The notes under the pieces are model-generated. The model searched no databases. It was not told where the DNA came from and was given only the letters and a program-made list of their open reading frames with translations. DNA of 62,944 nt, the filler included, from Sphacelaria rigidula (lineage: Eukaryota): assembly GCA_964200075.2 (NCBI GenBank). It is 10 parts of 10 records of this genome, joined end to end, with 100 filler letters (N's around TTAATTAATTAA, not from the genome) between each part and the next. Parts side by side here need not be neighbours in the genome. Positions count along the whole stretch, not along the records: positions 31,525 to 37,728 come from CAXNAA020021523.1; positions 37,829 to 44,032 come from CAXNAA020021524.1; positions 44,133 to 50,336 come from CAXNAA020021525.1; 7 more parts are not named here. One strand, written 5' to 3'. The position numbers and the translations under genes were made by a program. Below are positions 37,135-49,015 of this stretch, piece after piece (positions within the stretch are counted from its first letter, which is position 1; each line of letters starts with the position of its first letter).

Positions 37135-37867
37135 GTATGCTAGAAGCAGGTTTATTGGGGAAGTCTTCGGCTGATGGGGAGTGTAGGAGTTAACCCCCCC
37201 GAAGTATTACTCGTTTGGTGTTATCGTTGTACGACATATCACGTTTCGGAATCAAGTTGTGCATACCCGCAACTCCGACCGTTGATCGCTTGTCAGCGGT
37301 TTTAATGTTGAGGCGACGCCTTTGAGTGAAGTCGTCCACTCTATAGCCTGGCGCCGTGTGGTGGATTTGCAGTAGCTCGTCGTTTTTCACGCAATGAACT
37401 CGGTTTCTTGCACAGAAGGCGTACTTAACACCCTGGATAACGATGTAGACAGTAAAGTGTCGGTTCACCGGAAAGTCTGGTGATGGTGTCCGACCTTTTA
37501 CCGAGAACAACCCAGTGCATTGAATACCAAAACGTTTTATTTTTCGTTGCTGACCACGACTGGGTGATTTGACCCAACAACAGAAGAAGGTGAAGAGCGG
37601 ATGTATTTCTTCGTTCGAAACAACTTAGTTAAGGTCAAGGATAACCACGTCCCTGCTCGCAACGCGTTCTGTGACGGTTTAAGAGACTACCAACTAGACT
37701 AATGACAAGTCAGCGCTGACTTGTCACTNNNNNNNNNNNNNNNNNNNNNNNNNNNNNNNNNNNNNNNNNNNNTTAATTAATTAANNNNNNNNNNNNNNNN
37801 NNNNNNNNNNNNNNNNNNNNNNNNNNNNTACGGGTGACGGGGTTTTCGGCGGGTGCTTTTCCGATTA

Positions 37868-38133
37868 ACCCTTTCCACGACACCCCCCCCCCCCCCCCCC
37901 CCCCAAGAAAAAAAATGCCTGGTTTGGGGAGGCAAAATCTTCACCTCAATCGAATTGGATAAAGCCGAGCACCACGGGCAGCTGGGAATTTCCACGATTG
38001 GGCTCCTTCTCGCTAATGTCGCCCATATGAGGCGCTTCATGCAGCGTGAACCCAAACATCAGGCGCTGTATGGCCATTTTTCTTGGGACACTTTCGGGCT
38101 GGTTTTGAGGGGGGGGACTATCGTAAAAAGTGT
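37868..38133. mobile_element. MITE family B, complete copy
   Basis: CTTTCCACGACA(C)n ... (G)nACTATCGTAAAAAGTGT; no coding capacity. Confidence 0.7.
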
Positions 38134-40398
38134 AGAGCCCTCGTTCTCTCCACCCTTATGGCGACAGTCGGACCATTTTAATTTACACCACCGGGACGGG
38201 CCGGCTTGGGTATGTCTACATTGTGACCACGGCCGGATTCCCCAGGGCATCAGTGTCCGTGCGACAGCCAATAAATCAATCAATACATCAATTTTGACCC
38301 TGCCTTCCTCGGCATGAGGAGTGGCGTCTTGGGGTATTAACTTGTAATCTCCTCGGCACATATACCTGCCTTGCATATCTGTACCGAGCATTGGATCATG
38401 GCAATCAGTATCGGCACCCCCGCAGCCCGTCGACTTTCACTGAAAAAAAAACGTTGTAACTCACGTTCTCACGATTTTTCCGGGAACGGAGGCGGTCGAA
38501 ATGAAAGGATTACTGTCAGGAATTTCGGAACCCACTCTGCCTCTCTCAACCAAGGTGGCGGATGATGGGATCCGTTTGTTCACCGGGGTACGACGGTATG
38601 CGAATGAGGGAGTCTTTCTCCAGTAATTGTCATGCTTGCCACTCGATGCCAAGGTTTGTGACTTCACTTTAGTGTTGTGATTGCCCCCGCCGTAGTAGTC
38701 GAAGATTCCAGAAGCTTGGGAGCCCTGAGAGGGGTATTAATCACCTTCAGCAGAAGAAGGTAGTGTTCTTGAACGAATAGAGTATATGGTGAAAGAGGCG
38801 AGACCAAAAAAAAAGGGAGTCGCGCATTATACCACACTTCATTGACTATTCTCCTTTTTCCTGGGCGACAAGTGAAACGCAACCTCGTTTTTTTATTCTG
38901 TCGAGGTCCCGCACTGCCACAAGATAGCCCCTGTTAACGGAAGATCTCGATGAGATATCCATTGCGAAGATGATTTTTGGCGGCGTGGCCGCCGAGCTTT
39001 CGCCTACCGTACAGGTCGAGTTTGAGTGCCTCATCGCTCCGGGCGATCTTCTTTGCGGCTTACGATATACAAATGCTCAACGTGGTGTCGTATTCGTTGG
39101 CAAAACGTCATGTGAAACATGTATGAAGGCAGTGTGAGAGAGATTGTGTGTCATGTAGTGTGCTGTCAAGAAAGGGTAAAAAATAATGATGCATATCGTT
39201 TCAATAATCGCTTCGATAACTGTAAATGATCGAATTTTGGCCAAGTGGGAATGTGAGAGCAGCCGAGTCCCCCCTCGTTCCCCTCGGCTGACGAAGCGGG
39301 GAAGCTGCGGGCGCCGTCAGGGGCAAGAAAGAGAATGGACCATTTGGCTTCGCTTCTCGTCAAAATTGGACCTAATGTGGCTTGTGGCTTAACCAAGGCC
39401 TCCCAGCCCAGGATAAAACCCGTCGGGTTTGAAACGTGAACAATGATCACACAGCACCATCATAGCACCTCACACACAATCATTCTATATCCCGCATGCC
39501 TCACGCCACAGCAGCAGCAGCAGCAGCAACAACACATACTGACCGACAGCAAGAGCAGACAGTAGCAGCAAAGCAGGTGGGCCCGGGCAGGAGAGAAGTA
39601 GTACCATCAGACACGTTGCTCTCGTTGGAAAAGTTGCATAGGGCAGTACGAACGTATATCCTGTACGGATCCTCTAGGGAAACAATTGGATCAAAATTGA
39701 CGTATCAGCGCCATCACAGTGATCACTCCCTTCGGTTTGGGTTTCTATACTGGCTTACAATTTTACTACGGAAAGTTCCAGACACACACATGGTTGGCTT
39801 CGTAAGCTTCTCGGTTGAGCTGGGAACAGGCACCTGCCCTGTCAAAAACCACTGCCCCGCTCGCTGTCCCTGGACGGTTAGTTTGTTGAAACTGTTCCGA
39901 GGCGAAGCCCGTGGTCTAAGGCTGAAAGACGTCCGAATTTCCAAGGATACGAAGAGACACACCGCAGATGACGTGGCCGCGCCATACTCCACTTCACCCA
40001 CCAAGACAAGGCTAGTAGGAAGAGCAGTAGCGGTAGTGAAGTCGCTACTAAACCAGCGCCACAATCCAGAACCACATATTACTGCAACTCAGGAAGAAAA
40101 AACAACTCCCGTCGGAGGGCCTGCTGCGAGATCCCGCTTCGCCAGGCCACCCCGTACGAACCGTTTTGAGGGAAACAAGCGCATTGGTTGTATTATCCCC
40201 GAGACGGTTGCCTTTTTTAGTGACAATGTTGCCGGCCGTTGAGGAAGAAGATATGCGCTCAGACCTAGACCTTGACAGAGGAATGACCGGGTACTTGACT
40301 CGCCGGCCTCACCAGAGATGGGAACGCCAACTATTCTATTGTCGGCACCACCACCTCAGCTCATCCTCTCTCCGGCGCAAGTGGGTGTTGACGTCATT

Positions 40399-41700
40399 CT
40401 AGTCTGCCTCGCCGTCTTTGTCGTCGTGAAACCCCTCTTGATATTCAAAGCGCTGAAGCTTCGAAGAGAACTTCGAAGGGGGAGGAGTATCGCATGCTGC
40501 GCTAGGGTGGTGTCGAGCAGCGTCTAACCCCTCCCTTCGACCCATGGCCTTCGCAGTAGCCACAGCTCTTGAAAGAAAACCCCTCTTATGTGCTTCGTCA
40601 GAGCCGGGGCTGCGCCCGAGCCACCACCGCTGAAGCCACAACCTGAACCCGCCGACGCCCCGTGGCCCCGTCTTTGCCCCCAGCTGCGCTTGCTCGGTCC
40701 TGATGTCCTTGGTAAAGATAAGCTGGAGAGGATGCTTGAGCTGCTCGCATGACGCGGATAAGGTCATGAGAGGATGGGACAACTCCCTTGCCCTGGCTCT
40801 GTGCCTCATGGTCGTTTGCAAGGCCGGCATCAAGGCAGAGACCACAGCGTTCGAAGAAGGCCCGTCCACCGCAGCAGGCGACATGATGACCCTCGACCAC
40901 ACCGACTACTGGAACGAACTCTCGGGCGTGGGCGAAGATGGTGTCTGCACTCAGCCCACTCACCAACGGGCTGGAATAGGCAGAGACGATGCGGAAAGCG
41001 AGGAGTGGCATGCGCTTCTTCTGGCCGACCTCGTGCTTATCTTCGCCAAGGACATCAGGGCCGAGCAAGCACAGCTGGAGGCAAATATGGGGGCAGGGGT
41101 GCAACTGTTTGTCTGTCTCCCGCTGTGCTTGCTCGGCCTTGAGGCCCTTGGCGAAGATAAGCTTGAGGTCGGCCAGAAGAAGCGCATGCCACTCCTCGCT
41201 TTCCGCATCGTCTCTGCCTATTCCAGCCCGTTGGTGAGTGGGCTGAGTGCAGACACCATCTTCGCCCACACCCGGCATTTCGTTCCAGTAGTCGGTGCGG
41301 TCGAGGGGCATCGTGTCGCCTTCCGCGGCGAACGGGCCTTCTTCGAACGCTGTGGTCTCTGCCTTGATGCCGACCTTGAAGACGACCATGATGCACAGAG
41401 CCAGGGCAAGGGAGTTGTCCTGTCCTCTCATGACCTTGTCCGCATCATTCGAGCAGCTCAAGGATACTCTCCTTCGTGGTCGCGTTCCCTCAGTCCTCCT
41501 CCGTGATGGCCACGGCCACCCCAGGGCGATCGTTGGCGATCTCCAGGATTGTCACGGTGTTGTTCTTGTGCTGCAGGACGGCAGACAGCATGCTGAACCA
41601 CAACGACCAGGCCGTGATGCGGCTCGTCGGGATCGTCATCATTTTCTTCTTGGGGAAACTCCTCTGTGGTAAAGGGCATATTTTCGGGTGATGGCGGGAA
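40399..41700 (-). pseudogene. Probable disrupted gene of unknown function rearranged by the inverted duplication
   Basis: GC-rich, codon-like sequence. The LIFAK.(I/L).AEQAQ motif occurs three times, and the minus-strand frame resumes at ~40725. Confidence 0.4.
40726..41471. repeat. Long inverted duplication (arms ~40726-41081 and ~41116-41471, ~34-nt loop) of protein-coding-like sequence
   Basis: Arms are reverse complements; 40928-41032 and 41165-41269 match perfectly over 105 bp. Confidence 0.95.
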
Positions 41701-42420
41701 AAGAAGGGGGTACAGGGGCGGCAGCGCCGCAAGGAAATTGATGCATGTCGAACGAATAATATGATGGTGTTGAATTAAGGCAACAAGAAAGTTGTCAAGG
41801 TAGATGCTTACGCCTCATCTGCTGCGTCGCCACGTAATAACCCGGAAGCAACACAACACATGCCTCCTGCCCCTGCCTACTCCTGCACAACAAGCAGCTT
41901 GTCACGCGTTGATAACATGTGTTGACCAACTCGGGGTGCGCAACGGTTCATAGCTCCTCCCCCTCCACCTGCCCTCATTTTTTATCTCCCCATTTCTCCT
42001 TCACCAAAGGATTCGGTTGTTGTCTGTCACTCCGTCGTCCAAGCATCCCTGCCCTCCACCGCCACCCCACCCCCGATATCTCCATATCTCTTGCGATTGA
42101 CTCCTCTTCTTCCCTGTTTTTGCTCTCTCGCCTGTTTCATTCCCCCCCCTACTCCTCTGTGTCCAATGACGGATCACTCAGCACAAGGAGAACAAAAAGG
42201 AAGACCCGCTGACGCTCATGACCATGTGCTTTAAAGAAGTCGGGCTGGTTTCTAGCGCCAGGAGCATTTTGGACAGTCTGGTGGTTGGCATGGACAAGGT
42301 GGGGGTGTCACTGAAGCGAAGTAGAAAATTACACAGGTTACACCGCGTTTACTCCTCCGCCCCCCTCGAGTGGTGAGTTTTGCCTGTCCCGAAACTTCTT
42401 CACCCGAACGTATTGGAGAC

Positions 42421-42500
42421 GGGGGGGGGGGGGCGTACTCATTTGTTGCTTGCCTTAGTCATTTGACCATTGACCACGCATCCCTTTCGAGACGGAGCAC
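42421..42500 (-). mobile_element. Short 3'-end copy of LINE family 1
   Basis: G13 run+CGTACTC...GGAGCAC; ACGGGGGG on both sides (42419-42426 and 42499-42506). Confidence 0.82.
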
Positions 42501-42988
42501 GGGGGGTGATGGACAACGTTTGGGTAGATATTCGGCGTCACCCGGCGTAGCAGCCATGCTAAAGTGCTCGAGTGGAATATGTGCGGCACGTGCACCGAGG
42601 AAGATGACCGATATAAATGCTGATCGGGGCTTCCCGAGACAGCTGTCCAACATCTCTAAACCAGTCAACCGCCGGTTACTGGTTAATTGGCTGGCTTGGC
42701 AGTCGAGGTGACGACTCGTTGAAACGACCGATTAACATCAGTCATCATCCATTATGCGATTTTCGAGAATAGCTGAAGCAGTTTTGTTGTCGTTTTTCCC
42801 CTGCAAAGAGCCCGCCAGCCGTGATGAGTCACCGCGTTTATCTCGAGTTCCACCTGACAAACGGGCGCGTATCAGTACCAATGTTCTCGATGCATGTTAC
42901 CGTATCGTATCGTATCGAGGATGTAAATGGCATCGATATGTATCGCTAGTTTGTCATTGCTGACTATAAAGTAATATATATGGATATA

Positions 42989-43522
42989 CTTCCTCTGTCC
43001 CCTAAGTAAAGGTACCTCAATTTGTACGGGCCCCTAACGATGTCCGATCGTTTTTTTTTCTTGAATGCACTCTACGGTGTTTCTTGGTTGAAGAAAATGT
43101 GTTGAAAATGTGCAGCTTGTGCTTGAACCATGCCGCCGAACGGCTGCAAAAAAAGCAGTCGGCCCAAAAATGACCGTTTTTTGCCCCTTTCGGAGGGGAA
43201 AAAAAGTGTCGTTTTTTTATTTTATTTTTAATCGCAACCGCCTTCACTGCGGCTTGCTGCCAGGAAGTCCCACCCAATTGAAAAAATTACAGAAAAATGA
43301 TGGACACTTTTTTCCCCGCGGAAAGGGGCACAAAATGGCCATTTTTGGGCCGACTACTTTTTCTTGCAGCCGTTCGGCAGCATGGTTCAAGCACGAGCTG
43401 CAAATTTTCAACACATTTTCTTGACCCGAAAAACACCGTAGAGTTCATTAAAGAGAACAAAAAACAGACATCGTTCAGGGCCCGTACAAATTTAGGTACC
43501 TTTACTTATGGGACAGAGGAAG
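42989..43522. mobile_element. Stowaway-like (Tc1/mariner) MITE with ~220-bp TIRs
   Basis: TA-CTTCCTCTGTCCC...GGGACAGAGGAAG-TA; termini resemble plant Stowaway CTCCCTCCGT; TA duplication. Confidence 0.9.
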
Positions 43523-44132
43523 TAGTTCATTGTCCACCGATGAAAAAAACGTGAATACGATCGGGGACTTCAATCTCGCCAGTTACCGATACTGCTTTGA
43601 TGAGTATCGTCGAGTTTGACCGATACTCCACCCTCAACTTTGACATACGTACAGTAGCCAATGATTCGAACTCTTGGTGCTCCCGAGTATGCTAGTATGC
43701 TAGTATGCTAGTATGGCGTTTAGGAAAGATATTACAAGTGTGGCGTAAACATTTAGAATTGCGATGTTCGGTACTACACCGCGGAAGCTCGGTTCACACA
43801 CACATTTATACACACACACATTTTTTTCTCACCCCGTTGTATTATATTATTATTGCATATGAAAAATCGTTACGCCACCCAAACTGTTGTCATTTGATGG
43901 TTGACTTCGCATTCCTACAAAGCTGGGTCGAAGCATGCCGGTTTTTCGCCGGACCAGACTCACGATCACATATCGGGGCGGTGGGGGGAGGAGGGGGGGG
44001 GGGTTGTTCTTTGGTGCCTTGCTTTCTCAGTTNNNNNNNNNNNNNNNNNNNNNNNNNNNNNNNNNNNNNNNNNNNNTTAATTAATTAANNNNNNNNNNNN
44101 NNNNNNNNNNNNNNNNNNNNNNNNNNNNNNNN

Positions 44133-44716
44133 ATGAAACTCCCAGTCTATGCTTTTAGCGGATGGCAACGAATTTTGGTGTGGAGAACCACAAAAGAGTG
44201 CCGAATAAAAAAATGGGCCTTTTTTTTATAGAGGTTAGGGCATTCTCGTGAAGAAATTATCTTAACCATAGTAGAACGCCCTAAACCAGTGAAAAAAATT
44301 GAAGAAAATCAACCTGACCCACTTTGTCTTGTTAGTTATGCCTTAGAGAGCGCGCACACAAAATTTCAATACAAGAAAACCAAACATGGGCCGGTGAGTG
44401 GCCTGCGAAATACTGTTCCGAATTTCTACCGACGCGGCTTTTAAAAGGCCATTGCTCCCACCAATATTTAGAGTTGGACCCTGAAATTTGGTATGTACAA
44501 TGCATAGGGCATAGAAAAATAACTACGTCGGCACCAAAAGTTTTTTATCATTTTTTTCATGAGGTGAGGGCAATAATCAGTTTTCAGGTATCAGTAAAAT
44601 GCCCTTAACTCATGGAAAAAAAAACTTTTGGTGCCGACGTGATAGTTTTTTTCATGCCCTATTCATTGTCCATACCAAATTTCGGGGTCCAACTCTAAAT
44701 ATTGGCGGGAGCATGG
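44133..44716. mobile_element. Repeat family D including a ~270-bp inverted repeat (44449-44716)
   Basis: CCAATATTTAGAGTTGGACC...GGTCCAACTCTAAATATTGG; homologous to 11300-11800. Confidence 0.7.
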
Positions 44717-45226
44717 GTCTGCAAACTTCAAATTCGCCTCTAGGCTGGCCCAGCTCGTACTAACGAGAAGTAATTTCGAAGTACCTCATGAGCTGTCTGA
44801 CGTGTCGACCTGACGCGGTGCATGGTATGCAGCAGAATCGACCACTGCGAGCCGCAGCTGCACCCCGTCGTGTGATTTGTAAATCTAGATTGCTCTGTTT
44901 TCCAGGGGGGCTGCGTGTGTGTCTTTTCATGCGAATACCTGTGCACTGCGTCGGCCACTCCATACTTACCGTGCAACTGGCACCCTGTATGCTGTGTTAC
45001 ACCCCGAGCCAGCAACGGTTTTTCATGAGTTTATCAGCCTTGGAACGAGAAGCACAGGTCATTGCCTTTCACGGTGCCTGTGCCTCCCTCGCCGTCTCTC
45101 CCTCGTCTTCCCTGCAGTGCCTCGACGGCGTGGGACAGACCGAACGCTGCGTGTTGCCCTGGACAACATCATGACCGGTGCTGTACGTGCCGCTTTCGCC
45201 GTCTTTGCGCAATCATCAACTGACAG

Positions 45227-45433
45227 ATATACCCATGCAGCGTGGTTCCGTGGACGGTGATCGACAAGTGGCACCGCGAGGGATCTTACGTACCTTACCC
45301 GGAAGACGAGCTGTTCGAGCTAATCCTAACGGTGAAGACGAAGGTGCACCCATGGATCAGACTGAACCGTGTCATCCGCGACATCCCGAACCAGTACATC
45401 ACCGGTGGCTGCTCTGTCACCAACATGCGGCAG
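45227..45433 (+). CDS. ELP3: Internal exon of an ELP3-family radical SAM/acetyltransferase
   Basis: CAG/GT-bounded 207-bp exon: IYPCSVVPWTVIDKWHREGSYVPYPEDELFELILTVKTKVHPWIRLNRVIRDIPNQYITGGCSVTNMRQ, with the IYP, G.Y.PY, PW.R..R..RDIP and N.RQ motifs. Confidence 0.88.
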
Positions 45434-45748
45434 GTCTGTGCTGACGTGTCATGATTCATGTTATTATTTTTTCGCGTGGGCGAGGGAGGGGTGTTCTGTT
45501 TTTGTGATACAAGAAGCTGGGTCGGTCGAGAAAACTACATCGTATCATATGGTTATATCTTCTCGCACCCTGGACAGTGATTTGATTGATTGATTGATTG
45601 TCGCACTTTAACTGACCCCCCAGGGGTTCAGCCGTGCTCACATCAAAGATTACAATATGTAACTTATATATTGCCCGCTGAATATGTTGACGCATCGGGT
45701 GGTCAATATATATTGGGCGAGCAATATGATGACACGAGAGACAGGTGG

Positions 45749-45787
<39 letters not shown>

Positions 45788-46914
45788 CGAGGCACTCAGG
45801 ACCGTCGCGCTCACGCTTTTTTTCCAGAGGCGCTCGAAGTGTGCACATAACACAAGTAAAGAAAAAAAAACAGAGACACATACTGTGTTCCCTTTTCCCC
45901 AAAAATAGTAATCCAACCCCAACTCAACCCTTGATTAATGTAGGAAGTACTCACTTACTATTTATTATTGCCAAGCCCTCATGAGGGTACAAACATTTCA
46001 CCATGTGCCCACTCATGGAAAACGGATGCGGAAGGTTACATCATCGGAAGTGTTTTATCCCAGACGAATGTCGAGTAGGTAGGAGATCTGGTAACATAAA
46101 GGATGAAGTGATGAGAAAGAAGTGTATTAAATATATATATATGTATTATATGACAAGTGGAAAAACAAAAGAGGTACAAATGGTTCAGTAACGCACTGCA
46201 GGTTGAGGCGTTACATGCGAGAGAAAATCCGCAACACTACGGACGTTGTAGAAAAAAGGAAGAAACATCGACGAAACCTTGAGTGTGCTCAAACTTCCAA
46301 GAATAAGGGGGAAACGCGGAAAAACCAAATTCAGACAAGAAAAGTGTATTCAAATGTTTGATTTTCGATGAAAATCAGAAGAACAAACTATGTACAAAAG
46401 GAATACTAACGCACTACGGTGAAGCGATTTAATGCGCAAGTAAAATGCCAATGCAAAAGTAGTAGAAAACCGCACGCGAACGCTAATGTGTACCCAAACG
46501 TGAAAGTTCCAGGGAAAGAAGAGGGAAAACCTACAGCAGAAAATCATAGTCTGAACCTATAACAGGGAAGAGCATATATCCCAAAAAATGTTTGTTTTTA
46601 CATAAATATGAGTATGCGAAAAAGGCGCACTATCGCACTGCAGAAATAAAATGTTTTTTTTCAATGAAAATGAAGGCGTGATTCCTACGAACGTCAGTTC
46701 GTCGGTTCAATGCGTTTCCGAGCATTCTTTGTCCCCTACGGTTTAGGGCGAATGTACATATGGAGGCTTTCTCTTTGTGCATGCTATGGTACGTTTCATT
46801 CACGTGCTTACACGCACCCACTCACATTACGATACATTTGTTGCTGAAACCTGCGTACAAGATGCTTGTGATACATCTACAACGCTTTTATGGCGATGTG
46901 TGCGTCATGTGTAT

Positions 46915-47577
46915 ATGTGTGTTGTCGTCCCATTTATTCTGGACGCCAGTCTGCACCTTTCGGTGTATGTGGGCGCACCAGCCGGGGTCACACAGGAGGA
47001 GGGTCAACACAGGAGTTTTTTTATCTTTTGTTTGTCTCTAGTACTCCACCTTCCTTCTTCGGTGCTTGCCTTTCTTTCTTATCGCGAGAACGATTCAGCA
47101 GTCCCTTCCCCTCGTCGACCGTTAAGTCGAATTTTGTGAACCCACGACATAGTCGCTCTCTCCGTTGTTGAGCATGGTGTGAGAAAAAATCCCGGATCGC
47201 TCCGAGGTTTGAACCCACGACCCTCGGTCGCCCCGGTGGCTCAGTTGGTAACCTCAAAACCTTCTGACGGTTGGGTCGTCGGTTCAAATCTCGGAGCGAT
47301 CTGAGATTTTTTCCCAGACCATGCCCAACAGTGGAGAGCGACTATGTCGTGGGTTCACAAAATTCGACTTCACGGTCGACGATTGGAAGGGACTGCCGAA
47401 CCCCTCTATCGGTAAAAAAAAAAAAGAAGGCAAGCACACCGCAGAAGGGAGGTGGAGTACTCAAAACAAACAAAAAAGAAGAACACCCCTGTGTTGACCT
47501 TCCTTCTGTGTGACCCCGGCTGATGCGCCCACATATACCGAAAGGTGTAGACCGGCGTCCAGAATAGATGAGGCAAC

Positions 47578-47647
<70 letters not shown>

Positions 47648-47690
47648 CGTCAGAAGGTTTCAAGGACACCAACTGAGCCACCGGGGCGGG
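46915..47690 (-). mobile_element. tRNA-derived SINE (minus strand) split by a second copy
   Basis: Body 47225-46915 and tRNA head 47688-47648 match the SINE at 24545-24919. Confidence 0.8.
47226..47644 (+). mobile_element. Full-length tRNA-derived SINE with long (AC)n tail
   Basis: GGTCGCCCCGGTGGCTCAGTTGG (A box)...GGTTCAAATC (B box); pure AC tail 47579-47644. Confidence 0.88.
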
Positions 47691-48019
47691 GCGGCCTGTG
47701 CATTAAATAAAATCATAATTTATGCTCATTCAACGTTCTGGACGTTCATAGTGCTGCATAGACTGAGTTCGTCGGTGTAACCCTTGTCGAGCATTTTTTG
47801 CCCCCTTTTTCAATGCACTCGTCGGTATGTTACGTCGCTGAGTATCCTTCCCCCTGTCTTTTGTCGAGAGAAGTTCCGGTGAGTGATGAAAGCTAAAGGG
47901 TCAACGTTTCCGGACGTTCTCAGCACTGCAGAGACTTGGTTCGTCGGTACATTGCCTTGCCAAGCCTTCTTTTTTCCTACGGTTTCGGGCGAATGAACGG
48001 ACTACGGAACTTGCATTCA

Positions 48020-48532
48020 CGTGAACCGCTGTACGGCGAGAGTAGGTCACTAAATCGGCATCAGTTTCATTCGAAAAAAGTATGCATGATCCAGAGGTTA
48101 ACCCTTGGACCGCGATGCGGGTAGTTCATTTGGATTACACGGACTTTCTTCAAGTGAAAATGATGCCGATTCAGCAGGTGACCTATACCCTTGTGGTAAA
48201 ACGGTCGACACACGTTTCGACAGCTGCACACACGCATTTCGTCGGCACATTGCCTTGCCGAGCACTCTTTGCGCCCTGTTACTATCAGTGAAGGTCGGAC
48301 AAAACCGATAACGGAACGTTGTATGTATATGGTGGGTAGGCTCGGTCGCTGCGCATTCTTTACCCCATCGCTTGATATATTCGTCGGTACGTTACGTCGC
48401 CGAGCATTCGCTCTCATGTCTTTTATGAACCCTTAGATCGCGAGGGTAGTCCACCTGGATCATGTATACTTTTCCCGCGTGAAGTTGATGCGGATTCAAC
48501 AGGTGACCTACTCTCGCCGTCAAAGGGTCAAG
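48020..48532. mobile_element. Cluster of ~100-bp piggyBac-like MITE copies
   Basis: TTAA-CCCTTGGACCGCG at ~48097; AACCCTTAGATCGCG...CGCCGTCAAAGGGTCAA at 48428-48531; reversed partial copy at 48025-48100. Confidence 0.55.
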
Positions 48533-49015
48533 AGAAGTTCAGGCGAATTTCGAGAAGGAGGCGTGGGCAGTGTGGTGCGCTCTTGTGCGCCATTAAAATT
48601 TTTTATACGTGTTATTGAGTCATTAATATGTCAAGGCTCGCGGCATGCAATATATATCGACCGAACAACATATCACGACACGCGCCACCTCAAAATATAT
48701 GGGCCGAGTAATATGCTGGTGCGGTGAGGTACCAATATATACTCCCGCCGTTCCGTAATTTTTTAGGTGGATATGGACCAAATGCAGTCTAGCTCCTGTC
48801 TGTCACTCTTTTTTCCAACAGTTTTTTTCTTCGGTTTCGTTTCTTTCACGCGGTACGGCTGTAAGCAGTTTTTTTTTTGCACTTCCCTCTGAAACAAATT
48901 CTCCCACCCCAGCAGAAGAAGCTCGAAATCGCCACCCTCACTTGGCATGCACCTCCGGTCAAAAGCCTTCCCATGGTATGGTTAGGCATATCAGCTGTTG
49001 GGAGTGCCTCCCAGG

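Noticed and set aside
39496..40242. 248-aa ORF as a real gene
   Set aside because: No recognisable domain or supporting exon structure.
40598..41506. Two overlapping antisense paralogous genes (287 aa and 267 aa ORFs)
   Set aside because: Their similarity is a direct consequence of the inverted repeat.
47226..47300. tRNA gene
   Set aside because: A and B boxes are present but there is no full cloverleaf; it is the head of a repeated SINE.
47515..47560. Hammerhead ribozyme in the SINE (CTGATG...GAAA)
   Set aside because: The core reads CUGAUGC rather than CUGANGA, GAAA is a hairpin loop, and no stems I-III could be built.
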